DNA of 64,000 nucleotides from Oikopleura dioica (GCA_907165135.1 OU015570.1:2811929-2875928); one strand, 5' to 3'. Shown: positions 45,494 through 56,226, numbered from the stretch's first letter. The notes: generated by a model from the letters alone, not told the origin. Made by a program: numbers and translations.

Positions 45494-47836
45494 ATGAGGC
45501 TTTTTCACCTTTTTCTTATAAAAGTAGATGGACAAACATTTTTTAATAATGATACTAACACGTTGACGACGATTTTAGATACTGAAGTTTTAGTAACACT
45601 AGATGCAAAAGTTGTAGATATAAATGCTCATTTCGGATTTCCTAAACTAGAAACTAAAAGCCAAGAATTGATGTGTATTAATGATACTCACAGACCAAAT
45701 TTGAATTTAATTATTGCGGATAAAATTATGGATAGGTTAAGCGGGAGCATCGGAAACGAAAATGTTTGCCAAGAGAATTATTGTGAAAATTTAGCTGAAA
45801 ACCACTTGAAAAAACGAGATTCAGTAATTCAAAAATTCGAAAATTTTCTAAGACCCTCGTCTCACTCGAATTTAAAATTGTTGAACAATAATTACATCGA
45901 TAAAAATCATCATAATCCAGTTAAAAATCGGACATTATTACCTGGCAAAAGAGTGAGCGATTATGAAATATTTGGCATAATTCAGAGTACTTTTTCTGAA
46001 GGCGACGGTGAAATTATTCCTACTGAAAGTTTTGTTAACGTGCTCCAGGATAAGCTGAAATTAACGGTTTCGCCAAAGGTGAACCTGAAATGGGACGAGG
46101 ACTTAAAAAATTGGCTATTGGGAAATATTTTGAATCCTTTTAGCGTTGGGAAAGAATGCATTATTGGGGCAAATGCAATTCTTATAGAACTTAAGGGGGT
46201 CATCACAGAAATAGGAGTTAATATAGGCATAGGCGCGAGCGAGTTAGAATATTTTAAATCCCCAGAAGGACAAGCTTTTATGGAAAATAATTTTAAAATC
46301 AGAATTGCACTTTTTATGGTCGATGAAAATAATCTTGAGAAAATCAAAAGAAAGGAGAGTTATAACCTAATGGGAAATTTTTGTAAAAAAACAATTTATA
46401 ATTATTTGGCCATAACATGCTCAGACCCACTTAAGGGAGAAAACGTACCAATTACAATGAGATCATTTCTAGTGGTTTCATTTGATACAACCGAAGAAGG
46501 ATGCGCCAAAATAACGGAAACATTGGAAGGCAAGCATATTGCGCCACCAAACGTATCGGCAAGATTGTTTCTGAATTCGAGAAAACGACGTCAGATAGGT
46601 ATTGCACTTGCTGGAGCCGCTGCGGGGACTGGGTTAGGATACATCTTACATAAAATGTGCGAAGGTGTTACGTCCAGAGGCGAGAAAAGAAATTCGTTAG
46701 TCGATCTATCGGATAATGACATTCAGAAAATTAAAGACCTAGAAATAGCTAACGGAAGGGAAATTCTCAAGCTTGAGACAAGTTTTTGCGAGATCCATAG
46801 AAATCGAGTCCGTTTATTTTACGATCAAATTGCAGAAAATATGGTAGATAAGTATGTGGACACCCTTAATCTAGTTATTTCAAAAATGGATTTTAGACTG
46901 AAGGAATTATTTGTTAGACATTGCGAAGCTTTAAATCCAAAAATGAGCCCGAAAAACTGCTTAAAAATATTTAGCAAAGACCGTATTTCGATGAAAGGAT
47001 TATTTAAGGACGAACTTGAAACTTTTAGTCTTATTATAAAAATCGAATTTCGAGTGCCGATTGTCGTTTCGCATAATGTCCATAATGAATTAGAAATTCT
47101 ACAAGGCGCGGAAGTAGTGGGAAATGATTTCCATCAAATGCAAATTCCAAAAGGCCATATTATTATGTCAAAGTCTTCCGTTCAAATTGCGCCCGAATGC
47201 AAAAAGACCGAAAATATTCTTGATTGCCCTCTAGAATTATTAAAAGACGATAATGATGGCGCTAAATGCGTGGAATCCCTTATTTTTGGCAACAGATCGA
47301 CGGTATTAAATTGTGAGGGAAAAACAGTAAGACAAGATTGCCGTTTCCAAATTGGAAAGGATGGAGCCCTCCTTTCAACAAAAACCAGTGCTAAGATAGT
47401 TACGGGAGAAAGTGACCTGATGAAAACAAAAGTTCTCGAAAAAGGCACACATCTTCTGCCACCTAAAACGTTTAGCACCAACTCGGACGTCCTTATTTTA
47501 TGTGATAGAAAAAGTCTTGTTATTCCGAAAAACTATTACGCTACAAACTTCGACGTTTATTATAATTTAAGCTCCCACACAAATTACACATTTTCGCCGG
47601 AATTAGAATTTTTACCAGGTACAGGCAAAATTGAAAAATTTATAAAAAAGGTCGAAAATGTTAAGGGGATATCAACGATTTATAATCCAGTTTCATTTTT
47701 CATCATTTTGATCATTACAATAATTATATCACTTACGATACTAAAAAACTTGCTTGTTTGTCTCCTAAAGACAATCGGTATGTTTTTTGGACTTAAAATA
47801 AGATCAAGGAAAAAGCATAAGATAAGAGCGCACTAA
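45494..47836 (+). CDS. env: Envelope / class I fusion glycoprotein, 780 aa, intact
   Basis: Short hydrophobic N-terminus; furin site R363-K-R-R followed by fusion peptide QIGIALAGAAAGTGLGYIL; heptad region; Cys-rich ectodomain; C-terminal TM (VSFFIILIITIIISLTIL) and basic tail. Confidence 0.9.
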   Translation: MRLFHLFLIKVDGQTFFNNDTNTLTTILDTEVLVTLDAKVVDINAHFGFPKLETKSQELMCINDTHRPNLNLIIADKIMDRLSGSIGNENVCQENYCENLAENHLKKRDSVIQKFENFLRPSSHSNLKLLNNNYIDKNHHNPVKNRTLLPGKRVSDYEIFGIIQSTFSEGDGEIIPTESFVNVLQDKLKLTVSPKVNLKWDEDLKNWLLGNILNPFSVGKECIIGANAILIELKGVITEIGVNIGIGASELEYFKSPEGQAFMENNFKIRIALFMVDENNLEKIKRKESYNLMGNFCKKTIYNYLAITCSDPLKGENVPITMRSFLVVSFDTTEEGCAKITETLEGKHIAPPNVSARLFLNSRKRRQIGIALAGAAAGTGLGYILHKMCEGVTSRGEKRNSLVDLSDNDIQKIKDLEIANGREILKLETSFCEIHRNRVRLFYDQIAENMVDKYVDTLNLVISKMDFRLKELFVRHCEALNPKMSPKNCLKIFSKDRISMKGLFKDELETFSLIIKIEFRVPIVVSHNVHNELEILQGAEVVGNDFHQMQIPKGHIIMSKSSVQIAPECKKTENILDCPLELLKDDNDGAKCVESLIFGNRSTVLNCEGKTVRQDCRFQIGKDGALLSTKTSAKIVTGESDLMKTKVLEKGTHLLPPKTFSTNSDVLILCDRKSLVIPKNYYATNFDVYYNLSSHTNYTFSPELEFLPGTGKIEKFIKKVENVKGISTIYNPVSFFIILIITIIISLTILKNLLVCLLKTIGMFFGLKIRSRKKHKIRAH

Positions 47837-48623
47837 GAACTCCAAATTCATTTTTAACAAAATCCTGACCTTAAATGCGCTATCAATTTACGCCATGTAT
47901 CGAATCTTTGGTTGCGGAGGAGTCCTCCCAATCAACGAAAAATATTTTTTAATCGCAATCCTTTTATTCGACATAATTTTACTCAAGGCTCGCTTTTTCA
48001 GAAACAGCGATGAATAACTCTGGTGCGCCGCGAACTGCGCCACAAATAAACCGTAGCCAATCACGAATCCTTATTTTGGGTGGAATCCTCCCGTAAAGTA
48101 AATCGTCAAATTTTTGAGTTACGGAGGAGATCTCCTTATGTTAAACTGCGTAGAAATTCCGATGAAGTTCAAACTTCAAAGACCTACCCAAAATAGATGC
48201 GGTAAAACAACCTTTTTCTCAGACTACAAATTTAACAACCAATTAGGGTCGTTAGCGTGGGAAACCAATTATCTTCGACTTCAAACAAAATGGCAATTAG
48301 CATATAAATTTAATGGTTACATCAATGAGAACGGAAATATCTTAAAAAGCTAGGATCTGAGCAACCTTTATAATCAGCAAAAATCCTCAGCACTTGTCGT
48401 AAGATCACATTTTGAGAGACAGAGAACAGAGACGAACATTTTCAAAAAGTAAGGATTTATTAACAACCCCAATTATCTATTCAAAAATTTTTGGAATTTT
48501 TACGGTTTTGACACCTATTTGAGAATTAAGACAAAACCCCGAATCCGGACAGACCGGACTTTTATTTTCGCCTCGAATTTAGAACCAAACTAGGATATTA
48601 TTTTAATAGGATAAGACTGTGAA

Positions 48624-49666
48624 ATGGGAGAGTGGTCTTTTAGGCAATTGAAAAAACGCTGGCCGAATAAAGAGCGGCGAGTTAGCCCAGCCAATAGGGA
48701 ACTGTGGATGCTTCATGTGGGCATCATCCTTGAGCTTTGCAGGCTTAAGGAGAAATCCATGGATGAAATATTCATCCGCGATATGTCTCAACTCGGAGAC
48801 CTTAGCGATATTATTGTCCCAACGATTAAATTTGGAATTCGTTTTGGAGAAACCGCAGTAATTAGAATTAATCTAATAAAAGGAAACTCCAATGAAATAT
48901 TGGAAATTGAATTTAAACAATTGAATAGAATTTATTCCAACTTTTGCGACCAACTTTACGCCTTCGGCTGCGGACGAAATGCAGAAACGGTTCAAAAAAT
49001 TAGAGATTCCCTAAATGGAAAAGTCACAAAGCATACTATTCATCCGGCAATGACTCGAGTTTTTCACGGCATATTACAGGAGAATGATAAAACAGTAGTT
49101 TCTATCAAAGCCAGATTACCTTGCTCTTGTAGTCAAAAAAGCCAATCTTTCGCGCTCGATTTGGCAGAACCCTATTTTGACGACAGAATCATTATCCCCG
49201 TGGCGACTAATAGTTTAAAACGGTCCATGATCTTTACAAAACTAGCGCAGGGAAACAAGTTCTTAGATCGCAATGAATATGAATGGACTAAAGCCAGAAG
49301 ATTTGCGAAGGCAGTGAGACGAGAACTCACCAACGATGTAAATCGCTTCGAAGGGCTTATGAAGCCAATTTGGGTGACGTTTTCGTAAAAATATTCCACT
49401 CACAGAAACTGGTTTCGGTTGAAGTAATTCTCGAAAACGAGGCCGATCTTTTCAAAAGTGTGAATCAGTGGGCTCCCAGTAAGTCGAGGAAAGAAACAAA
49501 AGAGGAATCGAAAGTCATCAAACAAGTCGAGCATTGCCGAATTTGTGAAAATCTTACTTTTGCGGCCGATTTTGTGAAAACCATTTGGTCAAAAATCATC
49601 GAATTCATTTTTAAATTACTCAGCTTTCTACTTTTTCCGATAAGACAAATTTTCTTTGAAAATTAA
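48624..49666 (+). CDS. Unknown accessory ORFs of element 2 (254 aa plus overlapping 98 aa, possibly one frameshifted gene)
   Basis: Sense-strand ORFs between env and the 3' LTR; CxC and CxxC motifs; C-terminal amphipathic helix (FVKTIWSKIIEFIFKLLSFLLFPIRQIFF). Confidence 0.6.
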
Positions 49667-50751
49667 TCGAAAACAGAAAGGACACACAGACTGTATTATA
49701 AATTGTAAAAAATGGTCTCACTAATACTGTTAAGCGTCGTTTATTTCGAAAGAATTGTGACTAGGGAGGAGTCCTCCCTAAAACATTTTTCGCGATTTTT
49801 CAAATTAAAGCCCAGATGATTTCGTTTTTCAAGACAAATTAGAGTTAATAACTGTGATAAAATATCAAATTTTGCCTTGAAATCAGTCATTTTCACAAAT
49901 TGAACTCAAAACCGAATAGGCCTCACATAATTCCATTCATCAAATTTTCGGGAGGAGACCTCCCAAGGATAATTTCGGACAAAATGAGACGCTTTTTCGC
50001 GAAAGCAGAATTTATTTGAGAACAAATCAGAGAAGAATTACAGCTAATTGATGCTAGCGCCAAATGAGTTTTTCGGGAGATTTTGTAGTTTTTATTTGAT
50101 TTTTCTATTTCTAAAAAACATGTTAATATTGAGTAATTGGAACGACTTACTTTTTCATTCAGTAGAAAGAGATACTGAAAGAATCAGTTTCTGGAAGTTC
50201 GATTGATGTTGATTGGAAGAGACAAGTGATAACTTTTTGATGCACGAGGAACGTTTTCGATCGGAGTTAAGGGAACAAGGTCTTCCCTAGTAGAATTGGC
50301 CCGAGAGACTAAAACCATCAAAATTTTTCATCTAATCATTAAGAAGTAAAAACTTATTCAATCCATCTTAATGTACTTACAGCCGAGCACGACAGCTAAA
50401 AAGGTTGGATCGTTGAGAGCATTAGCTTCGTTGGACATCTCTATTTTCGTTGTTTTTAGTAGTTTCTCGATCAAAAACTATTTTGTGACGGTTTCTGATT
50501 CTCGAAAAGCTTGAGCTGCTTATATGCGAGATAAGAATCACAGGATTATCAGTTCCTTGTTTTGACGGATGCATCAGAAATTTGTAAATTTAATTTACTC
50601 ACGTCATATCAATAATAAGCGTCTCAATTTTTCAAATTATCGTAGACTTTATCCTTATTTTTGACTTTCAAACTTAGAGTTGAATACTATCAAAAAGGGG
50701 ATGAAAACTAGGCAACTTTGAATTATGGGAACTAGGCCACTTTTTAATTAA

Positions 50752-51557
50752 GAGTATCAGCGTCTCAAAAATGAACTTTCCCAGGCATCGCGTTTATTAG
50801 AGTTCAACGCGCATTTAACAAATAATCAATTTTATTCAGCTCAATTTTTCAGGAAGATTCAGCAAATGAGCAGAAGTACTCTGCTCTTATCGGACTCCAT
50901 GTTTTCTTAATTACGCACATCATTTTTCGAAAAAGTCGACTGTATATTATGCGCCTATCCAGGAAGCAATATACTGGATTTGAAACGACAGATTCGAAAC
51001 GACTACCTTCCGCACCCCTTCAAAATCCGACGAATCATTGTTATGGTAGGAACCAACGATTTATTATCCAGAACCAAAGTAAGAGCCCCGTTACAAAAAA
51101 TTCTAAATAAATATATAGATTTGATAAATAATATTCGAGAAAATTATTGTTACGCAGACATTATTTGTATTTCATTGCTAAAGAGACACGATTCGGAAAA
51201 CAAAAGACGAATCCAGTTTAACGAGTTGTTAAACAATGTCATCAAAAATAAAAATAACCCAAAAATAACATTTTCTAATATTGCTTCATCCTTCGAAAAG
51301 GACCCAAAGTTCTCCAAGTACTTTTGGACAAATCGGATTCAGTCCATTTATCGCACCTAGGCATACGTAAGCTTGAAGACCTTTTGCTCCTTATTATAAC
51401 AAAAGAATATAATATCTGTTTTCCAAGCACTAACAAACAACTTCTACTTTCCTGGACTCAAAGGAGGAAACAATCTAGCAAAAATAAAATTATAAGATTT
51501 AAAATAACCTCAACAAACGAGTACAAAAATGTAAGAGACGGATTTGTTGGAAAATAG
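50752..51557 (+). pseudogene. SGNH/GDSL-family esterase inside element 2
   Basis: All four blocks in order: LLLSDSM, AYPG, VMVGTND, DSVHL; in-frame TAA at 50908 and a 1-nt frameshift at ~51325. Confidence 0.8.
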
Positions 51558-52511
51558 AAACGCTGTAAATTTTAAAATAAAAAGATGAGAATTTTCGTAT
51601 TCTCCAACAAAAAAAGTATAAAACAAAAAGAGGAAAACACCTCCCGAGAAAAAAGAAAATTTTTTTTGTACATTTTATTGAAATTGTGCTCGATTACTTA
51701 GCTGTCCCTGACATTTTTTGTGTAAAGAAATGATTTTTCTGTAAATAGATGCTCTATAAAACTATCATACAAAAGAGGAGGAATCCTCCAACATAAAAAT
51801 TACAAAATTTAAAACTTCATTGAACAAAAAAATATTCAAAAACTACAAAAAGATCGACAAAATGGTCGCAAAAATATCTACTGTATAATTTATAAGACTG
51901 AAAATTTTCCTTAAAGCAAACTTTATTGCTGTATTTTTATAAATTTTAACTGCTCTTCATTTACGCTCAATTTCTATGTTTCACACGTAAACTTTTATTG
52001 AAAACTTGTATTTTCTGATTTTTTCATAATTATTCTTGACGTATTATTTAAACTTAGTTTAAATATTTTTTTTTCTGCAAAACTAACAAAATTTATCTTT
52101 GGAGGGAGGAGAAGGTAAACCAAACAAAATTTTCAAAGCTCAACGAACAAACTATCGAACGAACCCTGATTTGATTTCTCAAGCCACAAGAACAGTGTTT
52201 CAAAAGAACTAGAAGGGGGTTGGATAGAGAATGAACAATTACGATCCAAAAAATGGCGCGCAGGCGCTCGTGAGCAGGACGCTCACCGACGAAGACTAAG
52301 CGACAAAAATGATAACTTCACTCACTCCACCCAACTGTTCAAGAGATATTAACATTAAATAAATCAAGTGTAAATTTACTAGGTGGATTCATTCTTATCA
52401 ATTAGCAAGTATATCAGCAAGTCAAACACCTGTTAGCCGCCGGCCCACACCAGTCATTAGGAAAGCAGTCTTTGCCAGTATAGTCTATCAGGAATAACCT
52501 GTTTAATCTCA

Positions 52512-54440
52512 ATAATCGTGTTTCACATCGATACTGTTCTCAACGCCGTATGAAGGCTGAATTCGGGAAGAAAGGTTGAGATAATCTTACGCATCTCCCT
52601 CGTTATCAGGGACACCATTTGGGACGTGAAGGGGATAGAAACTGTAAAATTCCTCTCCGGATGCAAACTTTTTCCTCTTTCCAATCTTTCTTGTCAACCC
52701 TTCCCTCTTTCACCACCTTTTCTACATCGAGGATCATTTCTAAGGGATATTCTTGGGCGAGATATTTTTCCTCTATCTCTGTAAACTCATCCCCCAGGGT
52801 TTTCGGATCTGAGTGTTTATATAAAGCCCTTTTATATTCTGACGTAAGAATACCCTTTTTCAATGACAAAGGAGCACTGTCATTTACAAAATTCAATGGA
52901 ACAAAGTGTTTTTGATGATAACGAATTTGCAGGGTGTTTGTATCCGAGATATAGACCACAAAGTCGAGAAATTTAATCCCTTCAGGACTTGACCTTTCGA
53001 CAGTTACTTTTAAGGACTCATGCAAATTTTGAAAAACTTCATTGACTTTTTCGAACAAGCCGCGCCGAAAAAAGACAATCGTATCGTCAAGAAATCTTTT
53101 ATAGCCTAAAATAAATTTTTCCGAAATGAGTTTTTCGATCTTATTTTTCTCAAGCATAAACAGAAAGAAATCCGCTTATTTTGGAGAACTACTTTCGCTC
53201 ATTGATAGACCCGATATCTGACGATAAGTTCTGTCTGCGAACCGAAATGCAGTTAGTTTTTTCAAAATTGAATCCAATATATTCGGAGAACATTTTTAGG
53301 AATTGGTCTAAGGAATATTTTATTGTCATCCCAAAATCAAGGTAACATTTTAGATGGCGAATTATCGTCATAAATTTTTTTCAATAGGAGATTAATCAGA
53401 AGAGATGTATCGCAGCTTGGGTAGAGTTTTACTATATCGAAACTTGCAAAATCAACCTCATCAAAATTGAATTATTGTTTTGTAAACCATAAGCCGAATT
53501 CTTTAGACTCACAGAGTGAGAATTTGCTTTTGAGATTTTTAAATTATTTTGCCAAAAAATTTTTATGAAAATTTTCACAAACAGAATTTCTTGCTGAAAC
53601 AATAGTTCTCATATTAAGCTCCTGCTCAAAAGTTTCTTTATGGCATTTGCCAAGTCCATATGCATCTTTTATCCTCGAAACCGGTTTGTTTCTATTGAAA
53701 AAAATTTTGTCCGCAAATTTTTCCATTTTGCGTAAATTTTGCCTCATTTACAAAGTGTCCTCCTCAGTTGGATCGGAATTAAGTTGAATAAATTTTTTCT
53801 TATCTGAAAATTCTCGATGCATAGAGTTCTCGTATTGAGAACGGTCCAAAATTAAAATAACTGAGTCTTTGTCCGCTAAAACAAATACAATTTCCCTGTT
53901 TTCCCGTAAATACTGTCTTATCGTCCTGTTACTATTATCATTAACAAAACAAGTAGTTATTTTTTGTGAATCGCAGTCAATCTTCCTTTTAAGAGAAATT
54001 GAGTCATTGGTGTGAGTTGTTGAAATTTATCGTATTTTTTTAAATGGCCCATCAGGCTATCAAATTATTGGAGCAAATTTATCGAGTGCGGTCGCCCGCC
54101 CAAAGGGGCCTTCCAACCTCTTTCTAGAATGTGAATCATATTAGAAGGAATTTGTTTTTTTGAAATATTTTTTACTTAATATTAAAGTGGTTTGCGAAAT
54201 GATTGTTGAATTTTTAATTTGCCAAATTTTAATTGTCTTTTTCTGTCGCGTTCCTCATCTCTGATTCTTGCGCGATTTTCTTAATCCAAAATTATTCTCA
54301 TTTTTCTTTTTCACAACCAATACCTTCTTTGTCAAAAAATTTGGATAGACTTTCATTGAATAATATGCGAATTTCCTCCAGTTTGCTACTACAGATTTTT
54401 TGTTCATTTATTAAAATTTTTAATCGTTCCCGCTAAAATC
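52512..54440 (-). pseudogene. Penelope-like element, RT part
   Basis: VLADKDSVILILD, AYGLGKCHK...MRTIVS, ASFDIVKLYP, TYRQISGLSM...SP, YKRFLDD, GIKFLD, thumb LAQEYP; contains stops and frameshifts. Confidence 0.88.
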
Positions 54441-54612
54441 TTTTACGACCCAATTTACAAAATTTTACCACTTGAACGGGGATTTTGGTAAAAATTGATG
54501 GTACAACCATCCCTTCAAACAGTGTTTTAGAGAATTTAACCCATTTAAAACTCGAAAATTTGAGTAAGAGTAAAATTGAGTAGGAGCCTCTGACAAATTT
54601 TCGCGTTTTTAA

Positions 54613-55093
54613 CCCGTTAACAGGCGCGCGGCAGTCTCACGGCCACGCAGCATTTGAAGAGCGATAAGATGAGCAAAACTCTATTTTATATTGGAAATTT
54701 TTTGTATTTTTTGAAAATTCAATCGATTCTCTAATTGTTAGTTTAATTAAAAGAAAAATCCGCATAAAATTCTGGTCGGGGAAAGCGAAAGAAAAAGTTC
54801 AGTCGGCGAAGAAAAGGGAAAGAGTAATACAAATCGCCCGCCTTTTCCCTTCTTTCCCTTTTTTCCAATCTCAGCGCCGAAAATGACGTAACTTTGACCT
54901 CATTTTTCACCCCTAAACGAATCGGAAAAATAATAAAACAATATGTAGAAGAAAGAGAAGACGCTTCTGAATCTGTTATTTTCTTTGAAATTAATTTTTC
55001 TTGTCCCTTTTTCTCGGAATTCATCAAAAGGTGCGTGGACTTTAGACTGGCACGCGCCCGTTAAAGCATAAGATCGGATGCCCAGTTAACGGG
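54613..55093. mobile_element. piggyBac-like MITE, 481 bp
   Basis: TTAA|CCCGTTAAC ... GTTAACGGG|TTAA, with an asymmetric subterminal repeat GGCGCG.G.CAGTCT. Confidence 0.75.
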
Positions 55094-55217
55094 TTAAATT
55101 CTCTAGAACACTGTTTGAAGGAATGGTTGTTTTTGGGAGCTTGATCAGTTCTGCAGTTTTCACGAAAAGGTACGTTTGTATGCTTTTTGGAAGGTTTACA
55201 AGTAACTCCAAGACTTC

Positions 55218-55260
55218 GGCTCTGATGATGGAACTTTTGCTGTTCCGAAAACGTTAAGCC
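55218..55260 (+). ncRNA. Minimal type I hammerhead ribozyme
   Basis: GGCT-CTGATGA-T-GGAAC(TTTTGCT)GTTCC-GAAA-ACGT-TA-AGCC: 4-bp stem I, 5-bp stem II, palindromic stem III AACGTT; AATAAA just downstream. Confidence 0.72.
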
Positions 55261-55456
55261 ACTGCAAATAAAACGAACTCATTTATCGACGAGATGTCAT
55301 CATTTATCAATTAAAAGTGATCGTTGATAAATTTTAAAGCGACTTTGAAATTTTTTTAAAGTGTTTATTTGGCATTTTCAAAAGAATTGAAGAAGTTTTG
55401 ATATTTGACCCCGTATAAGCGTGATTTACATAAACAAAGACCATCACTAAACAAAT

Positions 55457-55937
55457 GGGAGACACTGACGCCGGCCGCCCCAGCCCGCCCAGACTGACGC
55501 CGGCCGGTCCATTATTTTAAATTTTTCAAATCTATTTTATCTATATGAAATGATGTTTTATTGTAGAAAAACATATTCGTTGGATTATGGAATGGAATTT
55601 TCATGGTATTCCGTTGAATTTAGGTTATTTGTTGGAAATAACGCATTTTTTGCTTATTTTAGCGGTTAAATATAGTTTTATGGCTAAAAGGGTCGAAATT
55701 GAGAACTCGACGGGCCTACGGCCCTTTCGCGCGCATATTCTGGTAGAAAACTCATTGTGTTGGCGGGGCCCAACTCTCGCTCTACCTCAGAACGAATATC
55801 GGACTTTTTCGAATTTTCGAAAAAACATAGTTTCTAGAATGTTTTTGTCTGGCACCGGCCGGTCCAAAGGGGGAAGTTTTCAAAAAGCGGCCGGGGCGGC
55901 CCTGGGCGGCCGCGGACGGCCGGCGTCAGTGTCCCCG
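55457..55937. mobile_element. MITE, 481 bp, GC-rich TIRs
   Basis: GGGAGACACTGACGCCGGCCG / CGGCCGGCGTCAGTGTCCCCG; 8-bp TSD AAACAAAT. Confidence 0.8.
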
Positions 55938-56189
55938 AAACAAATTAACATCAGCTCAGAATGCGAAAACTGGTTAAAATTCTTTTTCGATTTTATGGGC
56001 TTTAATCAAGCTGAAAATGCGAAAAATAGAATAGCCTATCGACGATATTATATAATATAATTGATTTTTTATTAAACATAAGCGAATTATGTTTTTATGT
56101 TTTTAATACTTGCCTTCATTCGAAATCGTCCACTCTAGGTGAGAGATTGTTTTTCCTGTTTTTTGAACTTTCATTTAAATCTGTACTTA

Positions 56190-56226
56190 GGGCTGACGAA
56201 GGCCCCTTGAGGCCGAAACGCGTCCC
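56190..56226 (+). ncRNA. Minimal hammerhead-like motif
   Basis: GGG-CTGACGA-A-GGCC(CCTTGA)GGCC-GAAA-CGCG-TC-CC; core intact but stem I only 2 bp; AATAAA follows. Confidence 0.55.

Larger units (their letters stand above)
43487..45497 (+). pseudogene. pol: Integrase C-terminus (GPY/F) of element 2, split by the 43854-45412 insertion
   Basis: EGDVVIV...TGPYLVL. Removing the insertion and one 7-bp TSD copy restores the frame IEPN-NTPSR...RNLRPRR...RE*, with the stop at 45495-45497. Confidence 0.85.
27009..52511 (+). mobile_element. env-bearing Ty3/gypsy LTR element (Tor-like, element 2), ~13.3 kb native plus nested insertions
   Basis: 286-bp direct repeats 27009-27294 and 52225-52510, identical by eye; 5-bp TSD ATAAT (27004-27008, 52512-52516); PBS-like TCGGTGACTGAA; PPT AGAAGGGGG at ~52211; gag, pol, env in order. 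Confidence 0.93.

Noticed and set aside
50100-50570. Possible small spliced antisense gene inside element 2
   Set aside because: GTAAG donors are present, but no consistent long frame could be built.
29107-50910. TAA reassignment (alternative genetic code) to explain the in-frame stops
   Set aside because: gag, env, the hAT transposase and other ORFs terminate normally at TAA.
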